Positions 32,980-42,300 of a DNA stretch of 64,000 bases are shown here, one piece after another. Positions within the stretch are counted from its first letter, which is position 1, and each line of letters starts with the position of its first letter. The DNA is taken from the NCBI GenBank assembly GCA_004764695.1, contig SMSO01000014.1:5032845-5096844 (forward strand), written 5' to 3'. The notes under the pieces are model-generated. The model was not told where the DNA came from, did not search any database, and saw nothing but the letters and a program-made list of their open reading frames with translations. Made by a program: the position numbers and the translations under genes. The stretch comes from Schizochytrium sp. TIO01 (Eukaryota > Protista > Bigyra: Labyrinthulomycetes).

Positions 32980-34041
32980 ATGAGTGGCTTCACTCAGCTG
33001 CTCAAGAATGCAGTGATCAAGTTTCCGTCAACAAATGTTGAGAACAGCGGAAAGTATGTTGATGACTTGGTTGAGGGTCTGCAAAACTGCAGTGGCCTCG
33101 ACGAGATAGATTTATCAGGCAACAACATCAGCAATAATGACGCAAAGAGAATTGCTGGAGCAATTGCAAAAACTTCGTTGCACAAGATTGACCTAAGTGA
33201 AAACCCAATCGAGGGTTCTGCTTTTGCGGAGATCATTATGGCAGCATATCATAACAAAAGCAAGCACAGCTCTCTTGAACTTTGGTTCAACAACTGCAAA
33301 CTTGTACAAAAGGATCTAGAAAACGACCTCATTTGGTTACCTTTCAAGTTCGCAGGAAGCAACGCACGCAAGACAATCATTGTGCATGTATCAGACGAAG
33401 GGAATAAGCTGAGAATGCCTAAAGCGAATGTCGTTCCTGAGTGTGTCAAGTTTCACGTCAATGCCGCAGACAACATCTCTGAGCAGGACACCATTCCACC
33501 GAACTCTCCTTTACCAGATATGGATAAGGGAAAGAAGCGGCCTCGTGAAGAACTCGATGTGGAGAATTTTATCAAGGATATGTTGTTTTGCATTGATCTC
33601 AGTCCATTTGACTTTCAGCAAAGCTCCTTCGTACACCCCTTTTTCCAAGGCGACAAGAAATTCTTCGGCTCTATCCGGATGGAGGCGTTGCACTCAGCTA
33701 TTGAGCAAGGTATGTCACGCGCCAAAAACAACAATGTCAAGAGAAACCATGCTTGGGATTTGGAGGAGGAAAAAAACAACAAAAGAACCGCAAAGACGTA
33801 TTGCGAATATGACGACGACAGACGCAAAACAGCGTTTAGAAATGCATATCATGGCGCTTGGAGGAAGCGCAATGACTGGGGCAAGAAGTTTGAGGAAAAC
33901 AAGAAGAAGTTTGAGGAAAACAAGAAGCCTGAGGAAAACAAGAAGCCTGAGGAAAATAAGAAGAGGAAGATTGAGGAAAATAAGAAGAAGCCTGAGGAAA
34001 ACAAGGGGCAGGCTAAGGTTAAAAAGGAAGGAGAAAACTAA
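32980..34041 (+). CDS. Short RNI-like LRR protein with C-terminal EENKK repeats
   Basis: LRRs LDEIDLSGNNIS, LHKIDLSENPIE and LELWFNNCKL; six GAGGAAAAYAAG (EENK) units at about 33892-34005. Confidence 0.78.
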   Translation: MSGFTQLLKNAVIKFPSTNVENSGKYVDDLVEGLQNCSGLDEIDLSGNNISNNDAKRIAGAIAKTSLHKIDLSENPIEGSAFAEIIMAAYHNKSKHSSLELWFNNCKLVQKDLENDLIWLPFKFAGSNARKTIIVHVSDEGNKLRMPKANVVPECVKFHVNAADNISEQDTIPPNSPLPDMDKGKKRPREELDVENFIKDMLFCIDLSPFDFQQSSFVHPFFQGDKKFFGSIRMEALHSAIEQGMSRAKNNNVKRNHAWDLEEEKNNKRTAKTYCEYDDDRRKTAFRNAYHGAWRKRNDWGKKFEENKKKFEENKKPEENKKPEENKKRKIEENKKKPEENKGQAKVKKEGEN

Positions 34042-34725
34042 GGTTAAATAAGAAGAAGATACCTGAGTTCAAAAAGGAGCAACACATCATTTTAAAGTTC
34101 AAATTGTATGTTCATGTTTTAATTTAATTCGTGGCTGGTGACAAAACAGCGCCACTCCACCCAAATAAATGAAGTCACCTTGTACACCCTTTCCAATGAG
34201 GTCTTGAACTGACTGAGTATGAAAAGCGAAATACTAGTCAACTTAGATGAATGCATGTAATCTAAAGCTAGTGATATTGGAAATCCCGACAAAGGGATCG
34301 AAACGTGGTAGGTTCGGAATTTAAATTACCACATTGAAACAGAACAACGAATCAGACTTAAAACCCGACTACTCAAATACACTACTTGAAGGCAACAGGT
34401 CAAGTACCTGTTTTGTTTTTGTTTTTGTTTTTCAGAGAACATTTCAATGACGCCGAAAATTAGCACTCGTGTTGCCTTCTTTAAAAGTTCCTCTTTTTAA
34501 AACATATCAACCAGTTGAGTTTTCGAACGAAAATTGCATGATCTCACAGCATATATATGTTTCTAGGCGACTAAATTAAAGTGCACAATTAATCTAATTT
34601 TTGATATTTGGTGTTTGGTGTAGTTCAGTCAAGGATGAAATGTATGCACGCTTGTCTATGCACTTGACGTTGATATTTACTCACGCAATTTGAAACATGT
34701 CTGTTATAAAGTTATATTTCGGGGC

Positions 34726-36024
34726 CTAAAGATTTGCAGTTGGTCTTTTCGAGCTACAGGCAAGACTATATTTGCGTTTTGGCTTCATATTCGTCCATTC
34801 TTGAGGCTTGCGATAAATTCCAATGACAACAAGTCCACCCAAACCAAGGTTGTGCTGAAGACCAATTCTGGCGTTCTGGACTTGGCGTGGGCCACATTCT
34901 CCACGAAGTTGCCAGCAAAGTTCGGCACATTGAGCGAGACCAGTTGCTCCAAGCGGATGCCCTTTAGAAATGAGGCCGCCACTTGGATTGACAACGTACT
35001 TGCCACCAAACGTTGCATTGCCACTTTCAATAAGCATGCCACCTTCTCCTTCTTTAGCTAAACCTAAGGATTCGTATGTAATAAGTTCATTGCATGAAAA
35101 GCAATCATGAAGCTCAACAACATCAATATCCTCCGGTGTAATTCCAGCCTCTAGATAAGCGTCATGGGCAGCCTTTTGTGCCATGGTCTTTCCGATAGCT
35201 TCAATTACAGCGCGACCCTTGGAGGCCTGGAACACTTCAGGGCTATCTGAATGTACGCTTTGAGCCACAAGCTCAATGGCTTGCCCTTGCAGTCCATGCT
35301 TAACAACAAAATCTTCGGAGGCAAGAATTGCACAAGCTGCACCGTTTGAGGTAGGTGAGCATTGTAGCTTCGTCAACGGACCCATGACTTGAGGAGAGTT
35401 TTGAATCTCATCTAGAGTGTACACATCACGAAACTGAGAATAAGGGTTATTCACGCTATGACGGTGGTTTTTCTCACCAATCATTGCAAAATGTTCGGGC
35501 TTCGTACCGTAAAGCTTCATGTGCTCCTCCCCTGCGCGGCCAAAGAATTGCGCCATGGGTGGGGCATTCGTGATACCGTGTGCCTTCTCCAAGACCTCAT
35601 AATGGTGGTCTAGGGATGTAGGGCCAATACTCTCGCCTCCACCAAGAGACCCAGGACGCATCACTTCAACGCCGAGTGCAAGAGAACAATCTGTCATTCC
35701 ACTCGCAACGTTTTGGCGTGCAACAGCAAGGGCATTCGAGCCTGTTGCGCAGGCATTGTTTACATTAAATGTTGGGATGTTGTAGATGCCACAATCGTAG
35801 AGAACTCTCTGACCAGCCCCAAGAGTGAACATGGAGCCTACACATGCGCTCTCTATCAGATCTCTTTGGTCACTGATGCACGCATCCTCTAGTGCACGCA
35901 CCACAGCCTCTGCACCTAAGGCTGTAAAGTAAGGGCTTTTCTTCGGATCCTTTGCCGGCTTCGTAAACGGAGTCATGCCCACGCCCACGACAAATACTCT
36001 GCGCTGGGGTTTCTTAGCAACCAT
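34726..36024 (-). CDS. SCP2-type (SCP-x-like) thiolase lacking the SCP2 domain, probably peroxisomal
   Basis: Motifs NVNNACATG (catalytic Cys), VELHDCF, KGHPLGATG and QHNLG; C-terminus -ANL is PTS1-like. Confidence 0.94.
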   Translation of the reverse strand: MVAKKPQRRVFVVGVGMTPFTKPAKDPKKSPYFTALGAEAVVRALEDACISDQRDLIESACVGSMFTLGAGQRVLYDCGIYNIPTFNVNNACATGSNALAVARQNVASGMTDCSLALGVEVMRPGSLGGGESIGPTSLDHHYEVLEKAHGITNAPPMAQFFGRAGEEHMKLYGTKPEHFAMIGEKNHRHSVNNPYSQFRDVYTLDEIQNSPQVMGPLTKLQCSPTSNGAACAILASEDFVVKHGLQGQAIELVAQSVHSDSPEVFQASKGRAVIEAIGKTMAQKAAHDAYLEAGITPEDIDVVELHDCFSCNELITYESLGLAKEGEGGMLIESGNATFGGKYVVNPSGGLISKGHPLGATGLAQCAELCWQLRGECGPRQVQNARIGLQHNLGLGGLVVIGIYRKPQEWTNMKPKRKYSLACSSKRPTANL

Positions 36025-37620
36025 GACGTCCTTCGCCTTTTTCCTTTAGTTGATATTCTCTTCAATGTATTTAGGTTTTGATATCAGGAGCCATCATTCA
36101 CCCTCTATCGTATCTTGGACTGTAAGTCCTACAGTCTTGCCAGATCCAAGATCCTTTTGCTAATTCTTACTAGCAAAGAAAAAGGTCAGTCCTACAGCTC
36201 TTCACGCTTTCAGTTGGAAGTGAGGTCCTTGATTACTCTTATTCTATACGTGCGCTCCGAGCAGTATACTAGATACTAGTGTGCTCCAGCTGTCTGCTGA
36301 GCATCGCAGGTACTAGGTAGTACTATGTAATCACAAACAAGCGCGATATTGAGCAATCGTGTTAGCTTGAATTTTTGCCCAAATTGAAAAAGATTTTCAC
36401 AAAATGCCTCTAAATGAGTATAAATAACAGTATATGTTTTAAGATGCTTATATGAGATGACCCATTTCGTCAGGTTCTATACGAGTAGAAGGTGTGTGCT
36501 ACGTTTTTGTTCATGTATAGATTCTACACGTCAAGCATCTATGTATACAATAGAAAGGCAGCAGCATTAAAAAATAGGGGAGGGTCTTTGAGGATCAGTA
36601 AAAGCGAGCTTTAACTAAGGTTACATAGGGCAGATTAGCTGAGCTCATTACAAATTATTTTGTCATTAAATTAATCTCAGGCTTCAGCAGATTGTAGATT
36701 GTTAAGTTTTTGCAAGGATGGCACATTTAACCTCTTCAAGATTTTATAACGTAATTCAGCATGATAGACTTTTGGTCTTGCATGAACTGTCGGCGCGTTT
36801 TGTGATTTATTACTAAATATCAACACAAATGCATTGATACGCGAGGAATAGTTAAATCGTCCGTTTAGAATACTTTGAGAGCAATACATCTCAAGTGTGA
36901 CGTGTCCAGCATGGGTTGCAGATAGTAAATGCAAAGCATCGTATAAACATCAAATATGCGTGTTCAAAACTTCCTTTCAATGCCCTAGTAAATGTGACAT
37001 TACATTCCTATCGATAATTCTGCCTTGAATGAAACCGAAAACCCCCAAAAAGGCAGCCTTCGTGAGAAGCTGTTCGTCAGGGATTGACTAAGCAAGCTTA
37101 GTTGAAGAGCGCCAAATCGAATCTAACAGTATTTAGCCAAATAAACACCACGATAGGTAGATTCCTCTTGGAATCGTAGTACTCAGTATAGGTTTTCAAA
37201 TATGATTGTCATAATTAACGAAAATGGAGATTATGCGGAAACCAGGATATGTTATATCTAGAAAAGAAAGGCAATATGTTTTGTATCCTTTCCCTTTTCA
37301 GTGCTTGAATTGGCCACATCCGATGCACCGCATCGTCATACGCAAGGGGGGCTACAATTAACAGTGCGTAGGGGTTGTTCGCACAACATATTTGGGATGC
37401 TTGCGTTGCTGACTCCTAAGCACTTCAGTTCTATATGGGGGTGCATCAGCTGCAGCTGGTTGTTGTTGATATCATACGGTGTACATCCCATGCGGCTTCA
37501 ATAAAGATTTGGCATTAACTAGAGTGAGAACCAGGCAAGCAAACGTGAAGTGGCTGAGTTATTTTGGTGTAATTGAAGACGCGTATAGAACAAACTAAGC
37601 TGATGGTAAATACGGTCGTT

Positions 37621-38518
37621 TCAAACCCATTGCCTTTGGTAAATAAGGCGCTGAATGTAAAATATTTGCCCTAGTGTGACTCCAAGCATGAAGGCGGACT
37701 CCAGAACGGTATAGAAAGACACTTTCCATTCAATAGCGTCCTCTGTGAGCATGTGCCTGCGGACTCGGGTGACAATAAAGTTCTGTTCCGCGACAAGGTC
37801 GTTAAGATCATGGTGTGCAGCTCGGAGGGCCTCCTCAAGGGGTGTAATCTCAGCACCCTTAGCAATTTCGCGCTTGTGCACGCCCACGTGCAACGCAAAT
37901 GTGACGTGCTTCCGCTGACCAGAAGGGTTCGCAAAGCAGAACTTGTATTCACCCTGCTCGCTTACCACACCTTCGTAGGACCCCTCAGTCTTACCAGAGA
38001 CCGCATGGAGAGACTTTTCTCGCCCTCTCCCGCCCTCCGAGACCTTTGCCACACGTACATCCACCTTTTGAGAGCCTCCACTTGCCACGAAGAACGCCAT
38101 TCGAATCTTCATCGGAGCCGACTCAATTCGTTCGTAAAAGCATTCTTCGGAGCGCTCAAGGGCAAACGTGAAGACATGGCTTGGACTAAAGTCATCCATG
38201 TGGAAATCGGATTCTACGTCGTCCACGTCTTCGTAATCGTCTTCATCATCTTCATCATCGTCGTTTCCGTTTTGGTTTCCGAATCGACGGTGATTCCCCA
38301 TGCCACCTTCGTGTTCCTTGTAGCCTGCTTCGTCCTCATCATCAAGGTCTCTTGGATCTAAATCAAGGCCTGCGTAGGGGTCCTCGTCGTTGCCGGTGTC
38401 GGCGCTGATATCGTTTTTCAAGGTGTCCGGACTGCCAGGAAGCAGCTTCGGCCTGGGTCTGGAGCACCAATGAAGCCGCCAAGATGGCAGCGGAGAGCAG
38501 AAACCGCAAGCCGCGCAT
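37621..38518 (-). CDS. p24/emp24/gp25L (TMED) GOLD-domain cargo receptor with an apparent 1-nt frameshift near the 5' end
   Basis: GOLD domain EECFYE...GEYKFCFAN, coiled coil, C-terminal TM helix and short tail. The signal peptide MRGLRFLLSAAILAASLVLQTQAEA starts at ATG 38518 but is out of frame by 1 nt. Confidence 0.85.
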
Positions 38519-39367
38519 TGAAGGAACGTGAGTGGCTTCCAGTTACCTTGTTTGTATACCTCGCGCGCGTGGGGTGGGTGGGAGATAAGCGACGTTGGAA
38601 GAGGCCAAAAATGGTTTGCTAAGAAGAGATTAGATTGACTTGAACAAATTTAGGTTCAATTATTATTTATTATCTTTCTTTTCCTCTCTTTCCTTTTTAT
38701 TTTATTTTACGAACATAAATCTTGAGTACCCAGGTAGGTGGAATCTGAAATTCTATTTTGCAGTGAGCAATAATTCATAGACACACCGCAGGCATGGCTG
38801 ATTGGTTTCTGTGAACTATTAGGGATGAAGTAAACGTGGATGGTCTTGGTTTCGAAATCCTATATTGCTGCAGTAAACAATATTGCTGATAGAATCGACA
38901 TAGCATATCAATGGATGGTGGCATGCTATTTGTTGGCGGTCGCTTATTTACTTCGCTGCACAGTCAATAAAACCGATTATTGAGCATTACTATGTTACCG
39001 CAAACTCTTTAAAATTTAGATGGTGTCATGATACGTACAAAAACACAAAATCAACTGTAGATTTAACTTCTGAGAAAACCAGATGGTGATTTCAAACAAT
39101 GATTGAGAACTTAAAAGTTAAAGAAGTGCTTGCTTGCTAGGACTAAGTTGATTCACGCAGATGAAAATCAGAATGTCAAAAAGACCCCAACTTGCAAGGA
39201 ATCAGCGTGATGGCAGTGACGAATATGCGAATGTAATGGCGGTGCCAGGTTTGAGAAGGCCTCAATCGCCAAGGCACACAAAAACAAAGAGCAAGGCATG
39301 GTAATTTTTATATCTTAGGTATGGATGACTGAGTTGCATTTTTATTATTTCTTTTAAATCCTGATGC

Positions 39368-42300
39368 TCACTCAGCAGCAGGCGATGAGGGCGAGTACGC
39401 CGGGCTGGCCGGGGAATACGCTGGGCTAGCCGGAGAGTAGGCTCCGCCACCAACCGCTGGTGAGCTTGGGCTGTAGCTCGGCGAGGCAGGCGAGTACTGT
39501 TGGTTGTACTGTGCTGCCGGGGAGCTTGGCGAGTAAGCAGGAGACATCGGCGAGGCTCCGTAAGCCTGAGCTGGAGACGACGGGCTGTACGCTTGAGCAG
39601 GGCTGCTGGGACTGTAAGCCTGGGCTGGAGATGATGGACTATAAGCCTGAGCTGGACTGCTGGGGCTGTAAGCTGCCGCAGGGCTGCTGGGGCTATACGC
39701 TGCAGCAGGGCTGCTGGGGCTGTAGGCTGCGGCGGGGCTACTTGGGCTGTAGGCCGCGGCAGGACTGCTGGGGCTGTAGGCCGCGGCAGGGCTACTTGGG
39801 CTGTAAGCCGGACTGCTGGGGCTGGCTGCACCACCATACATGGGGCTGGTGGGGGATGCGTAAGCAGGCGAGTTGGGGCTGTAAGCCGGGCTACTGGGTG
39901 AAAAACCGCCACCATATCCAGGGGACTGAGCACCTGCAGAGCTCATGCGGTTGTACGAGGGCGAGGCACCTGCAGCAGGAGATTGCGGCTGGTACGCTGG
40001 AGAACTTGGTTGATATCCAGGCGAACTAGGCGAGAAGCCGGGAGACATTGGGGAGCCACCAGGTCCGGGAGAGAAGGCACCGTCGGCGCTGGGAGAGAAT
40101 GGTGCAAATCCACCAGGACTCATCGTGGGACTGAAGGCACCAGCCAAGGGTGTGGCCATGCCAGCGGAGGCTGACACATGTGGATCGAGGACACCCCCGT
40201 CGTTCGCCACATCCTCCTCAGCATCAATTTCAATAGCATCCTTGAGCATATCTTCGTCAATGAAGAGTTCGAAGGCACCAGTACCAATCGGCGCAAGCTG
40301 ACCAAGCATGATGTTTTCAGAAACAGCAGCAAGAGGATCACACTCGGAAAAGGCAGCAGCATCCATGAGCAGCTCGACAGTCTCCTCAAAAGAGCAGCGC
40401 TGAAGGGGTCCAGAACCATTGCGGTTAATACCATGACGTGTGACGGGCTGGAGTTCACCACGGGCAGCCATAACATCACAAAGCATTGACAAATGACGGT
40501 AGTTTACATAACTACCATCAAAGGAAATGACAGCACGAATTTCGTTCAAAAGGGAACGACGCAGGGCCTCTGCACCGAGAACTTGCCAAATCTCGATACA
40601 GTGGTTGGATACTGTACGCGTGTGGTCGACACCAGGTTGGGCCAAAATGGCCAAAAGGTTAGTTCCGTCGGTATCAAGAACCCACTCTTTCTTATCGTAT
40701 TCTGCACCGGTCTCGGGATCCCAACCCTTCGCCTTATCGAATTCACGGACAAAGCACTTTTTAATATTAGGAATACCACGAAGACGAAGGTTGTCGAGAA
40801 GCTCGGTCTCGAGACGACGAAGGAAGATAAATTCATCAATACCATGGAGCTGCTCCTCCTCGACAACGGGGGCCTGGGCCTCTCCATCCTCGCCGTTTGC
40901 CTCGCCGTCCTCCTTTGTTGGTGCACCACCAACGTTAGAACGCACAATGCGAATGTGAATAATACACTCTGGACTGTTATCATCGTTAACGATGCAGTGC
41001 AGAGTATCACCAAAGTCGTTCTGAATGGTCTTCAATAGTTCGTTGTTCGAGATCTTCTTGAAGCGCATGAGCTTCTTCTCCGCAACAATGCGCAAGAGCC
41101 ACGGGGAAAGTTGGTCAGCACGGATATCCGAGTCGCCTTCCATCTCCCAGAAACCAGAAACGAAGTCACTATCTTCTTCCACACAAGTGTTTTCTGGATC
41201 CGGATCAAAGATGATGCTGGTCTCAGTCGCGAGCTCACGCAGACGCGTGTACTCAAGACGAGACATGACCTCAGACGCACGAGCTTCCGTGTTACGGTGT
41301 TCTTGATCCAAATATACAGTAACAGAGGGTGTCTTTACGTTTTTGGCACCGTTAATCACCTCCTTGAGACGTGGCACACCAAGTGTTACGTTCTTTGCTG
41401 ATACACCAGCAAAGTGGAAGGTGTTAAGGGTCATTTGTGTAGCTGGCTCACCAATGGACTGAGCAGCAAGCACACCACACATTTCACCAGGGTTCACCAT
41501 GGATTTGAAGAAGCGCGACTCGATCTGACCAATCAGACTGCGGAAAGCATCACGGGTGAGACGATGCTTTACAAGGATAACCTTGGATGCCAGCGAGCTA
41601 CGAATAAGAATCTTGATCAGCTTGGTGGCGTTATCTTGAGCCTCACGGGAAAGAGGGTCGTCACCAAGCACAACGACAAGGCGGTCGCAGAGATTAGAAA
41701 CGTCACGCACAATTTCACATGGGTCCAGATCAGATGTACGGTTCTTGTCAATGTGGTACGTGTGTGAAACATTCCAGATCATACGCGAGACGTTGACAGG
41801 AAGATGCAAGGTCTCCTCCATTGCCATGACACCACCAGGCTCACGCTCGGCCGCAATAGTACGCAAGAGGGTTTGGTCGCGACGGAGCTGATCCGCCTCT
41901 TCGTTGAGGATCTCCACGGCTTCAGGGTCGTTGCGGAGTTTGAGCGTAATATTAGGCAACAAGTAGGGCTTTCCGTGGTGTGTGCCAAAGTCAGCATCGT
42001 CGACGCGATAAACAAAGGTATCATCAAACTCACGCTTGCTGAGACGAAGCAAATCAAAACGCTGGGACTCAACAAAAGCACCATCCATGCCGTCCTCACC
42101 ATAAAGGAATTGGATAATATCACCACGACCATTACGCACAGTGTTATCATAACGCACACTGAGATCCTCAAGAGCCTTAACGAGACGACGCTGAATATAA
42201 CCAGTCTCAGCTGTCTTACAAGCAGTATCAATGAGACCTTCACGACCACCCATGGCGTGGAAGTAGAACTCCTGAGGGGAGAGACCCTTGAGGTAAGAGT

